DNA of 64,000 nt from Coriobacteriia bacterium (GTDB lineage Bacteria > Actinomycetota > Coriobacteriia > Coriobacteriales > UBA8131): NCBI GenBank assembly GCA_009784945.1, contig WQXH01000006.1, forward strand, positions 1,658 to 65,657. Reading direction: 5' to 3'. The position numbers and the translations under genes were made by a program. Shown here piece after piece: positions 19,543-28,378 of the stretch. The notes beneath the pieces are model-generated. The model made no database searches. It was not told the DNA's origin and saw nothing but the letters and a program-made list of their open reading frames with translations. The number at the start of each line of letters is the position of its first letter. Within the stretch, counting starts at the first letter, position 1.

Positions 19543-20255
19543 TGAGCACAAAGAAGCGCGTGTCCACCTTTGAGCACTATAAAATCCTCCTGGGCAAGGA
19601 TCTCAGACGAGAGTTCCGCACTCGCGAAATGCTTTCGACAATGGGCATCTACACTTTGTTGGTTCTGGTCATCTTTGGCATTGCTCTCATGCAGACCTCG
19701 GCAAAAATCGACATTGTGCAGATGAGCGGCGGCCTGTTTTGGGCGCTTATTGTCTTTACCTCTCTGCTTGGGCTCAATCGCTCCTTTGCCTACGAAAAGG
19801 AAGATGGGGCTTTGGAGGGCGTGCTTTTGGTGCCTCTGGATCGCTCGGTTATTTTTCTCTCAAAGCTAACGGCCAACTTCCTCTTACTCATCATAGTTGA
19901 AGCCATTGCCATTCCTCTCTTCTTCCTCTTTTTCTTAAGCGGTGTAGAGATGCAGCCTTCGCTGCCCTTGGCATTAGCGCCCTTGCTGGTGGGAACCATC
20001 GGCATTGCCGGCGTTGGTACGCTGCTGGCCACCATAACCATCAATACCCGCGGCAAAGACATGCTCTTGGCTCTGCTTTTCATTCCTCTGGTTTTTCCCC
20101 TTCTCTATGCCTGCGTCTCTGCCACTACGCTTGCCATAACGGGAGGCGACATGCTCACAGGTGCCTATACCGCTGGACTAACTTTGGCAATAGGCTATGA
20201 TGTAGTGATGATTCTGGTTTCTTGGCTGCTCTACGACTTTGTGGTGAGCGCCTAG
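19542..20255 (+). CDS. ccmB: Heme exporter membrane protein CcmB
   Basis: Six-TM protein. The start overlaps the ccmA stop. Motif FAYEKEDGALEGVLL. Operon context supports the call. Confidence 0.8.
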   Translation: MSTKKRVSTFEHYKILLGKDLRREFRTREMLSTMGIYTLLVLVIFGIALMQTSAKIDIVQMSGGLFWALIVFTSLLGLNRSFAYEKEDGALEGVLLVPLDRSVIFLSKLTANFLLLIIVEAIAIPLFFLFFLSGVEMQPSLPLALAPLLVGTIGIAGVGTLLATITINTRGKDMLLALLFIPLVFPLLYACVSATTLAITGGDMLTGAYTAGLTLAIGYDVVMILVSWLLYDFVVSA

Positions 20256-20290
20256 GCGCTGCAATAAGAAGGATTGGTGATTGTTGACCC

Positions 20291-21046
20291 ATGCAGTATA
20301 AAGCTACGATTTTTGACAAACTTGCCCTGCCGCTCTTGCTATTTGGTGGAGTGCTCATTGTTTTTGCGTTTGTATTTGCCTTTACCATAACGCCTCCTGC
20401 GCAAGGCGATGCAATGCTCGCGGTGCCTGCGCCTATAGGAGACTTTTTTCTCACCAATATTGTGCTGCTGTCGCAAAAGATTTTTTACTTTCATGTACCC
20501 GTAGCTATGGTGAGCTTTGGAGCGCTGGTATTTACTGCCATTTACGGCATCCTGTTTCTCAAGACACGCAATAGTAAGTATGACATGCGCGCGCGCCTCT
20601 CAACGGAGATTTCTCTGGTCTTTGTGCTGATGACCATGGTTTCTGGCCTAGCCTGGACGCGCTCTGACTGGGGGGTATGGTGGTCATGGGAGCCCCGTCT
20701 CACTACCTATTTCATTTTGATGCTCATGGTGTTTAGCTACTTTATCTTGCGCACTGCAGTAAGCGACCCCGAGCGTCGCGCGGTGTACAGCTCGGTCTTT
20801 GGCATCATTGTGTTTATCAATGCTCCCCTTTGCTTCATGATCACCCGCCTCATTCCTTCGAGCCTCCACCCAGTAGTTTTTAGAGCAGACTCTGGCTTGC
20901 CACCCCTTATGCTCATACCCTTTTTGGTAGCAATGCTTGGGTTTGTTTGCATTGCCTTTGCGCTGTATCGCATGCGCCTTCGTACCAGTCAATCACAAGA
21001 AAACATTGAGATGCTCAAAACACGTCTCGAAGAGTTGGAGGGATAA
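20291..21046 (+). CDS. ccmC: Heme exporter/handling protein CcmC
   Basis: Tryptophan-rich WWD-type motif WGVWWSWEPRLTT and conserved His-containing loops. Confidence 0.88.
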   Translation: MQYKATIFDKLALPLLLFGGVLIVFAFVFAFTITPPAQGDAMLAVPAPIGDFFLTNIVLLSQKIFYFHVPVAMVSFGALVFTAIYGILFLKTRNSKYDMRARLSTEISLVFVLMTMVSGLAWTRSDWGVWWSWEPRLTTYFILMLMVFSYFILRTAVSDPERRAVYSSVFGIIVFINAPLCFMITRLIPSSLHPVVFRADSGLPPLMLIPFLVAMLGFVCIAFALYRMRLRTSQSQENIEMLKTRLEELEG

Positions 21047-21049
21047 AAT

Positions 21050-21238
21050 ATGGATCCTGTATTAAACGAGCTCTACGCATCCGCGCTTTCCTTTGTACCT
21101 TACCTCATTGCAGCCTATGCCCTCATGTGGGTGGTGTTGTTTGCCTACATCATTTATTCGCATCGTGGTCTTGCCAAGACCGAAAAGCACATAACTGCCC
21201 TGGAAGAAGCCATCAATCAGCTACAGCGCAAGTCTTAG
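21050..21238 (+). CDS. ccmD: Small single-TM protein in the CcmD position
   Basis: 62 aa with one TM (YLIAAYALMWVVLFAYIIY), immediately after ccmC. Assigned from size, topology and position only. Confidence 0.55.
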   Translation: MDPVLNELYASALSFVPYLIAAYALMWVVLFAYIIYSHRGLAKTEKHITALEEAINQLQRKS

Positions 21239-21411
21239 CACACTGCTTACGCTAAAACTTAATAGTGGGTTCCAGATGGTCTTAGCCTTGGCACTTTCTA
21301 AGCCAGCGGGTTTGATAACTAAGGTATAATCGCTAAAAACCTTAGCAGCTTGTCGGCAAGCATTTTTGCCAGAGCACCAAGGGAAATTACATCAGGGGAA
21401 AGGTAATAAAA

Positions 21412-23991
21412 ATGAAGGAAGCTCGCATATCAATTCAGTCAAATCGCTCGAGGATCAAGGTCTCGCTAACCAGGAAGCTTGTCTGCTACTCTCTTGCTCT
21501 ACTCTTATCCCTGAGCCTTTTGCCGGCAATGCCTCTCATGGCTTTTGCAGATGAGGCTGAGTTGCATGAGATCGAGCTGGTAGGCAGCGAGCAAGAATTC
21601 AATGCGCAAGAAAGCCCCGATGGGACTTTTGAAGTTGATGAGGCAGAGGCTGAGGATGCCGCAGACGCGCCCGAGCACGAGGTGCCATCAAACGATGCAG
21701 CAGCGGAGCCCTCTGAGCCTGACAATAGTTATGCAGAGCTTCAAATGCTTAAAGAGCGTGAAGCTGCTGATGCCCTGGTGGCTAAAGAAGCAGATACTTT
21801 GGAGCTACAAAGTACAGGGGAGCTGGGGGTTGCAGAGCTCAATCTTGAAGTGTTGCCTCAAGCTAATGCTGCCCTGTTTGAGATTAAAGTTGGAGAAAGT
21901 GGACAGATTAATATTGCTAACCAGTGGAGTACTGCTATTGTGGTTTCTCGAAACAATGGCTCAGGCACGCAGGTTCAGCAAGCCCGTCATACCACTCTCA
22001 CCGTTACACGAGGTGACACAATAAAAGTAGTAGAATCCAGCCCAGGGGTTACTTTCAGAAGCTGGTCGGGCGGCAGCGGTGCCTTTGTTTCTGGAGTAAA
22101 GGCCGCTATCACTGCAATGCCTGCGATGCCTGCCTTCACTACTACCTCTGCGGGCACTGTTGCCGGGAGCTTGTTCTTTTCGGGCTTCAACAGCCCAGGC
22201 TCTCTCACTTCTCTTCCGGCTGGGTCGTTTGACACCTCAAAAATTACTACTGTCGGCGACAACTTCTTTTCGGGCTTCAACTGCGAAGGCGCTCTCACCT
22301 CCCTTCCGGCTGGATCGTTTAACACCTCTAAAATAACTACTATCGGGGAGTTTTTCTTTGAAAGCTTCAACGAAGATGGCTCTCTCACTTCTCTTCCAGC
22401 TGGGTCGTTTAACACCTCTAAAATAACTACTTTGCCCTTTTGTAGTTTCAATTCTTTTAACTTTCTGGGCTCCCTCACCTCCCTGCCAGCAGGATCGTTT
22501 AATCTCTCAAGCGTTACTACTGTTGGCGACTGGGTATTTTCCTGGTTTAATGAAAGCGGTGCTCTCACAACGCTACCCGCAGGGTCTTTTAACACCTCAA
22601 AAATTACCACAGTTGGCGACGGATTCTTTATTGATTTCAACACACAGGGTCGTATCACCTCTCTCCCAACCGAATCATTTAATCTCTCTAAAGTAACCAA
22701 GGCAGGACATTATTTTTTGAGCTGCTTTGCTGCCGATAGCCCTTTGGCTTCCCTGCCAACTTCTTTCAAGCTTCCTCAGTCGCTCAGCTCTGTAGGCAAT
22801 AATTATTGTTTTCATATGTTTGAGGATTCCTCACTAACTCGCGGAAACCAAACTATTCCGCTTTACTTTGCTGTAGCCTCTCATAACACCTTTAAGAACA
22901 CTAATATCACACCGGTAAGCCCTGCAGCTGGGATAACGGTACGGGTCAATGGCGCACCCCCAAGTTACACCATCTCCTATCGTGCCAATGGTGGCACGGG
23001 AAGTGTTGCGTCTCAAACCGTCACCACCGGTGCAAGCTTTACCACCAGAGCCAATGCCTTTAGCCGCCCAGGCTATACCTTTACAGGCTGGAATACAGCT
23101 GCCAACGGCAGTGGTAGCACTTGGGCTGCCAGTTCCAGTCGAACCTATCAAGCAAAAAGTAATACCACCCTCTATGCCCAGTGGAAGGTGGATCCCAACG
23201 CCAAAAAACCTACAATCACCACAACGGTGGCTTCAGTGCATGCAGGCATCACCGGCATCAACTACAAAAAGACACTCAAAGCCACAGGCACAGGCACCAT
23301 AACCTGGTCTCACACATCAGGCAGCCTGCCACCAGGGCTTAAGCTCTCAAGTGCAGGTGTCATAACAGGTAAGCCCACCAAGCCAGGCACTTACAACTTC
23401 AAAGTGAGAGCTACCAATAGCATTGGAAATACCACTAAGACCTTTACCATCAAGGTCAACAACCCAAGCATATCCATAAGCTATCAAACCCACGTACAAT
23501 CCGTAGGCTGGCAAGCTTTCAAAAAAGATGGTGCCATGAGTGGCACTTCAGGTAAAGCCTTAAGACTTGAAGGTATCAAGATTAACTTACAAAACAACAC
23601 TGGCATCTCTGGAGGCATCAGATACTCCACCCACGTACAGTCCATCGGCTGGCAAAAGAAGGTAAGCCTCAACACCAACGGCAAAAGCCTCAAAGACGTC
23701 AAAGGCCCCATGCGTGGCACCTCAGGTAAAGCACTCAGGCTTGAAGCCATTACCATAGAACTGACCGGAGACTTAAAGAAACACTACGACATCTACTACC
23801 GTGTACACGCACAAAGTGTAGGCTGGATGGGCTGGGCAAGAAATGGCCAAGAGGCAGGTACTGCTGGTCATGCCTATAGACTTGAAGGTATACAGATTGT
23901 GTTAGTGCCCAAGGTTGGCGGCAAGAAGCCGGGTAATACCTTCAAGGGCATTACCACGCCTGCAGGCACTCGCGCCTTTATTCAGAAGTAA
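21412..23991 (+). CDS. Secreted multi-domain surface protein: acidic N-region, BspA-like leucine-rich repeats, Listeria-Bacteroides (Flg_new) repeat, Ig-like domain, and three ChW repeats
   Basis: Signal peptide (LLLSLSLLPAMPLMAFA). About 7.5 copies of a 30-aa unit SLPAGSFNTSKITTVGDxFFxxFNxxGxLT. YTFTGWNT...LYAQW. LPPGLKLSSAGVITGKPTKPGTYNF. Three copies of Y(Q/S/R)xH(V/A)QSxGW...GTSGKALRLEGI. Confidence 0.85.
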   Translation: MKEARISIQSNRSRIKVSLTRKLVCYSLALLLSLSLLPAMPLMAFADEAELHEIELVGSEQEFNAQESPDGTFEVDEAEAEDAADAPEHEVPSNDAAAEPSEPDNSYAELQMLKEREAADALVAKEADTLELQSTGELGVAELNLEVLPQANAALFEIKVGESGQINIANQWSTAIVVSRNNGSGTQVQQARHTTLTVTRGDTIKVVESSPGVTFRSWSGGSGAFVSGVKAAITAMPAMPAFTTTSAGTVAGSLFFSGFNSPGSLTSLPAGSFDTSKITTVGDNFFSGFNCEGALTSLPAGSFNTSKITTIGEFFFESFNEDGSLTSLPAGSFNTSKITTLPFCSFNSFNFLGSLTSLPAGSFNLSSVTTVGDWVFSWFNESGALTTLPAGSFNTSKITTVGDGFFIDFNTQGRITSLPTESFNLSKVTKAGHYFLSCFAADSPLASLPTSFKLPQSLSSVGNNYCFHMFEDSSLTRGNQTIPLYFAVASHNTFKNTNITPVSPAAGITVRVNGAPPSYTISYRANGGTGSVASQTVTTGASFTTRANAFSRPGYTFTGWNTAANGSGSTWAASSSRTYQAKSNTTLYAQWKVDPNAKKPTITTTVASVHAGITGINYKKTLKATGTGTITWSHTSGSLPPGLKLSSAGVITGKPTKPGTYNFKVRATNSIGNTTKTFTIKVNNPSISISYQTHVQSVGWQAFKKDGAMSGTSGKALRLEGIKINLQNNTGISGGIRYSTHVQSIGWQKKVSLNTNGKSLKDVKGPMRGTSGKALRLEAITIELTGDLKKHYDIYYRVHAQSVGWMGWARNGQEAGTAGHAYRLEGIQIVLVPKVGGKKPGNTFKGITTPAGTRAFIQK
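22168..22860 (+). repeat. In-frame 90-nt tandem repeats encoding the LRR array
   Basis: The periodicity is visible at nucleotide level: tcncttccngctggntcgtttaacacctc recurs every 90 nt. Confidence 0.75.
23479..23907 (+). repeat. Three ChW (clostridial hydrophobic, conserved Trp) cell-wall-association repeats
   Basis: YQTHVQSVGWQ.., YSTHVQSIGWQ.., and YRVHAQSVGWMGW.., each ending with RLE(G/A)I. Confidence 0.7.
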
Positions 23992-24037
23992 GAAGGTGTG
24001 TGCTGCTAATTGGCGCTCACCTCTTTTTGGTGTGTCG

Positions 24038-25735
24038 TTAAGCCTTGGCATTTTGCTTTGCGATAAGCTCCGCGGCGGTCTCGCGCAGTTGGTATTTCTT
24101 GACCTTTTTTGACAAGGTCTCGGGGTACTCTGTTACAAAGAAGACGTACTTAGGCACCTTATAGCGAGCCATCTGCTTGATCATCGTTTCGCGAATGCCC
24201 TCATCAGAAAGAGTAAAGCCTTCGCGCTGCTTAACAAAGGCTACAACTATCTCGCCATATTTCTCGTCAGGCGCTCCTACAACCTGAGCATCCAAGACCC
24301 CAGGAATGGAGAGCATGAAGTTTTCTATCTCAAGCGGGTAGATATTCTCGCCACCTCGAATGATCATATCCTTGATGCGCCCGGTGATATTGTAGTAGCC
24401 GTCCTCGTCATAGGAACCCAGGTCTCCAGAATGCAAGAAACCATCCTCGTCTATCGCTTGCGCTGTGGCTTCGGGCATCTTGTAGTAGCCCTTCATGACG
24501 TTGTAGCCCTTGCAACAGATTTCGCCCTTCTCGCCTGGGCCGCAGATACTTCCATCCTCAGGATTAATGACACGCACCTCAACTGGCGCATGCTTGCGAC
24601 CTACAGTATGCTGCTTGTGCCAGTCTTCGTCATCTGCGTGGGTTTGAATAAAAACCGGGCTTGTCTCGGTAAGACCGTAGCAGTTGGTCATCTCCTTCAT
24701 ATGCATGCGCTCCATGGCTTCTTTGGTTACCTCGGGAGGCACCGCAGCACCAGCAATGATGCCCGTGCGCAGACTGGTAAGATCAAGCTCGGTAAAGCGA
24801 GGGTGATTGAGCACCGCAATATACATAGTAGGCACGCCATAAAACGCCGTAGCACGCTCCTTGCTTATTGCCTCCAGCACCAAGAGCGGGTCAAACTCCT
24901 CCACCACCACCATGGTTGAGCCATGCGTGAGAACAGCCATAACACCCAAAACACAGCCAAAGCAGTGGAAAAACGGTACGGGTAGGCATACGCGGTCAAC
25001 GTGGGTAAACTTTTGATTTTCGCCAATATAAAAGCCGTTGTTAAGGATGTTGCGGTGGGTAAGCATGACCCCCTTGGGAAAACCCGTTGTTCCACTGGTG
25101 TATTGCATGTTAACTACCGAGTTGTTGGTAAACTCCTTGGTGGCATCCTTGAGAGCCTCATCGTCTGAATGCGAGCCAAGGAGCAAGAGTTCCGGCACGG
25201 TAAAGAAGCCCCGATGCTTTTCTGGCCCCATGTAGATGAGGTTTTTGAGATGTGGGTATGTGGCGGTTGTCAGATGCCCACGCTCACAGTCGGCTGCCTC
25301 TGGAACGAGCTCGCGAATAATCTTGACATAGTCCACGTCGCGCCACGCATCAATGATGCAAAGCGTGTTCATATCGCTTTGATTGAGCACATAGTCGAGC
25401 TCATGGCTCTTATAGGCAGGGTTGAGTGTCACCAGTACAATGCCAAGTTTTGCGGTAGCAAACATAAAGGTGAGCCAGTCGGGAATGTTACGCGCCCATA
25501 CGCCCAGGTGGTCGCCAGGTTTCATGCCTATGGCAAGCAAGCCCTTGGCGAGGTTGTCGGTGCGGATATCAAAGTCTTGATAGCTCCAACGCAGCTGCCG
25601 GTCTGGGTACACAATAAAGTCTTGGTGGGGGCGAGCCTCGACCTGCCTCCTGAAATACTCACCAATGGTAAGCTCACTATGCAAAGGGTAGTCCAAACTC
25701 CCGGGTGTTGGATTTGGCACAATTGTGTCATTCAT
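24038..25735 (-). CDS. AMP-forming acyl-CoA synthetase (fatty-acid/medium-chain CoA ligase family)
   Basis: AMP-binding signature YTSGTTGFPKGVMLTHRN, plus GYGLTE-like CYGLTETS, GDLG..DEDGY and IIRGGENIYP. Confidence 0.9.
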   Translation of the reverse strand: MNDTIVPNPTPGSLDYPLHSELTIGEYFRRQVEARPHQDFIVYPDRQLRWSYQDFDIRTDNLAKGLLAIGMKPGDHLGVWARNIPDWLTFMFATAKLGIVLVTLNPAYKSHELDYVLNQSDMNTLCIIDAWRDVDYVKIIRELVPEAADCERGHLTTATYPHLKNLIYMGPEKHRGFFTVPELLLLGSHSDDEALKDATKEFTNNSVVNMQYTSGTTGFPKGVMLTHRNILNNGFYIGENQKFTHVDRVCLPVPFFHCFGCVLGVMAVLTHGSTMVVVEEFDPLLVLEAISKERATAFYGVPTMYIAVLNHPRFTELDLTSLRTGIIAGAAVPPEVTKEAMERMHMKEMTNCYGLTETSPVFIQTHADDEDWHKQHTVGRKHAPVEVRVINPEDGSICGPGEKGEICCKGYNVMKGYYKMPEATAQAIDEDGFLHSGDLGSYDEDGYYNITGRIKDMIIRGGENIYPLEIENFMLSIPGVLDAQVVGAPDEKYGEIVVAFVKQREGFTLSDEGIRETMIKQMARYKVPKYVFFVTEYPETLSKKVKKYQLRETAAELIAKQNAKA

Positions 25736-25913
25736 TAGTTCTCCTTACATGCCTTCTACTTAGCTGGTGCCTTAACAAAGGTGGGGTTTCTGTGAGCGAG
25801 CCGATTGCCTTGATCATCTGGCTTGAGCTAAAGGAAGTGCATTTCTCATGCTTGACCAAAGCCCCTGTCAGATGAGAGTGGCTGGATGCCGCTCACGAAA
25901 AGCCAGTGACTGA

Positions 25914-26534
25914 TTATAGTGGAGTATAAACGCAGGCTACAAACTTGGCGCATTGCCCCTTGTAGGAGCGCACCTGATGCGGCACGATTGAGTCGTAGTA
26001 TATGGAATCGCCCGGCTCAAGAACATACACCTCTTTGCCATAGGCAATCTCCAGTGACCCTTCAAGTGCATAGAGCCACTCCTCGCCCTCGTGGGCACTC
26101 AGCGTGTGCTCTACTTCCTCTGATGGCTCCAGGGTGATAAAGAAAGGTTCCATATGGCGCGAGACTTTTCCTTCAGCCAGGGCGGCAAAGCTGAGCTCGC
26201 CAGCATCAGACTGTGTCTCTAGGCCCTTTAGGCGTGTGCTATTTTGGTAGTCGCTTGCCTTGGTAAAGATAGGGCCGAGGTTTTCCTCATCGTCGAGCAG
26301 AGTGCCAAGGCGCACGCCGAGCGAACGCGTTATTTTGATAAGCGGTGCTAACGAGGGTGCCACCGCACCAGCTTCCAGATCCTTGATGACCTGAATATCG
26401 CAACCACAGCGTTGTGCAAGTTCTTCTGGCGACAAGAGCAAAGACTCCCTGAGTTCCGTTATTTTGGCACCAATGCCAGCCTTTGTTTCTGTTCCTGCAG
26501 CCTGGGCGTCCGCAGTATCTTCAATCTTGCTCAT
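25914..26534 (-). CDS. XRE-family HTH regulator with a C-terminal cupin domain
   Basis: HTH region (LRESLLLSPEELAQRCGCDIQVIKDLEAG). Cupin motifs (HEGEEWLYALEGSLEI...GDSIYYDSIVPH). ATG at 26534 preceded by AGGTGA. Confidence 0.85.
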   Translation of the reverse strand: MSKIEDTADAQAAGTETKAGIGAKITELRESLLLSPEELAQRCGCDIQVIKDLEAGAVAPSLAPLIKITRSLGVRLGTLLDDEENLGPIFTKASDYQNSTRLKGLETQSDAGELSFAALAEGKVSRHMEPFFITLEPSEEVEHTLSAHEGEEWLYALEGSLEIAYGKEVYVLEPGDSIYYDSIVPHQVRSYKGQCAKFVACVYTPL

Positions 26535-26701
26535 AACTATCACCTGCCTTAAGAGGTTTTGGGTTTGCCCATTCCTGGGCACTGGTTTTACTGCCCATTC
26601 CTGGGTACTGGTTTTGCGCAAGCTGCGCTAAGATAAGCCGATATTCTACAGCAGTGTATGCCCAATTGCACCGGGGGCTCGACAAGGTGCGCAAGAAGCT
26701 C

Positions 26702-27982
26702 CTACACGGCAGCGAGGGCTTGTTCCAGGTCTGCCAAAAGGTCTGCAGTGCCCTCAATGCCGCAGGAGAGGCGAATCATATCTGGGGCGATGCCGCAGGC
26801 TGCCAGCTCCTCATCATTCATCTGCCTGTGCGTGGCATTGGCGGGGTGCAGGACACAGGTACGTGCATCAGCAACATGGGTGGCAATCTGCCCAAGCCTG
26901 AGCGCACTCATGAAGGTCTCGGCTCCGGTTCTGCCGCCAGAAACACGAAAGCTCACCACACCGCAAGAGCCGTTGGGTAAGTATTTTTTACCCAGTTCAA
27001 AGTAGGGGTCATTTGGCAGGCCAGGATACTTGACTTCAACAATCTTAGAATGTGCTTGCAAAAACTCGGCTGCTGCCTGCCCATTGGCACAGTGTTGCTG
27101 CATGCGTACATGCAGACTCTCCAGACCTAAATTCAATAAAAAGGCATTCTGTGGAGCCTGAATGCTGCCTAGATCTCGCATGAGCTGCACGGTAGCCTTG
27201 GTGATATAGGCTCCTCCCAAACCAAACTTCTCTGCATATACCACACCACGATAGCTCTCGTCTGGCTCGGTAAGGCCTGGAAACTTGTCTGCATACGCCA
27301 GCCAGTCAAAACGTCCGGAGTCAACAATACAGCCTCCTACGGCAGCGCCGTGTCCGTCCATGTACTTGGTTGTTGAGTGCGTAACTATATCTGCCCCCCA
27401 CTCTATGGGGCGACAATTAACCGGAGTAGGAAAGGTGTTGTCAACTATCAAAGGAACACCATGTGCATGCGCGGCCTTGGCCCAGCGTTCAATGTCAAAG
27501 ACCGAGAGTACAGGATTTGCAAGTGTCTCGCCAAAGACAGCCTTCGTATTGGGTTTAAAGGCGGCCTCGAGCTCGTCATCGCTGCAGCTCAGAGGCAAAA
27601 AAGTAAACTCGATGCCCATCCGCTTCATCGTCACTGCAAAGAGATTGTAGGTTCCTCCATAAAGCTCAGAAGAAGCTACTATATGGTCGCCACACGAGGC
27701 AATATTGAACACCGCATAAAAACTTGCTGCCTGGCCGCTTGACGTGAGCATGGCAGCGGATCCGCCTTCAAGCGCGCATATCTTGGCTGCCACGTTGTCG
27801 TTGGTGGGGTTTTGCACACGTGTATAGAAATAGCCCGAGGCCTCCAGGTCAAAGAGTTTACCCATGAATTCGCTTGAGTCATATGTAAAGGTGGTGCTTT
27901 GGATGATGGGCACCTGCCGGGGCTCTCCGTTGCCGGGCTTGTACCCGCCTTGAACACAAATAGTATCAATTGATTTACTCAT
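26702..27982 (-). CDS. metY: O-acetylhomoserine sulfhydrylase / PLP-dependent Cys-Met metabolism enzyme
   Basis: MSKSIDTICVQGGY..., and HSTTKYMDGHG (PLP lysine). ATG at 27982 preceded by GAGGAAA. The listed longer ORF start at 28078 is unlikely. Confidence 0.9.
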   Translation of the reverse strand: MSKSIDTICVQGGYKPGNGEPRQVPIIQSTTFTYDSSEFMGKLFDLEASGYFYTRVQNPTNDNVAAKICALEGGSAAMLTSSGQAASFYAVFNIASCGDHIVASSELYGGTYNLFAVTMKRMGIEFTFLPLSCSDDELEAAFKPNTKAVFGETLANPVLSVFDIERWAKAAHAHGVPLIVDNTFPTPVNCRPIEWGADIVTHSTTKYMDGHGAAVGGCIVDSGRFDWLAYADKFPGLTEPDESYRGVVYAEKFGLGGAYITKATVQLMRDLGSIQAPQNAFLLNLGLESLHVRMQQHCANGQAAAEFLQAHSKIVEVKYPGLPNDPYFELGKKYLPNGSCGVVSFRVSGGRTGAETFMSALRLGQIATHVADARTCVLHPANATHRQMNDEELAACGIAPDMIRLSCGIEGTADLLADLEQALAAV

Positions 27983-28035
27983 GGGTTTCCTCACTTTGCA
28001 TATATTGAAAATAGTTATACTGATTAGACCTGTTA

Positions 28036-28194
28036 GTACCCTGTAGCACCTAAAAGTTTGCCAATATGCGCTGAGCATCTTTCGCAGGGCAAGGCGGACG
28101 ATTGAGCGCTACTGGGCGTAACGCGAATGAGAACAACGCAGCCATGCGGAAGATGAGCAAGCGGATTGGCAAACTTTTAGGTGTTACAGGGTAC
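28036..28194. repeat. 159-nt palindromic element: 30-nt arms matching 29/30, with an imperfect inner stem
   Basis: GTACCCTGTAGCACCTAAAAGTTTGCCAAT (28036-28065) against the reverse complement of ATTGGCAAACTTTTAGGTGTTACAGGGTAC (28165-28194). An inner CATCTT..AAGATG pairing extends the stem. Confidence 0.6.
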
Positions 28195-28378
28195 CAGTAT
28201 CGCATATTAGCCCTTGTATTCATAGGGGCACTCGACACCGCCAATTATTACCTGCTGGTATCAGATAGAGAATATGCTTTCCATTACGGCACTCTTGTGC
28301 CACAATGTTCAACTGTAGTTTTATTGTTAGTTGCTACGCTAAGCGATATGAGCGTATCAGAAAGGGAGCGTAAGGAAT

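Noticed and set aside
21987-22700. 237-aa minus-strand ORF with its own internal periodicity
   Set aside because: It is antisense to the 90-nt LRR repeats, and its periodicity is inherited from the plus-strand repeat array. The plus-strand protein has a signal peptide and recognisable domains.
27983-28378. SAM riboswitch or T-box upstream of metY
   Set aside because: I looked for SAM-I (GAGGGA, GCAACC, GUGCUAAUUCC), SAM-II and SAM-IV cores and for a T-box specifier/T-box sequence on the minus strand, and found none. The structure is kept only as an unexplained palindromic element (see findings).
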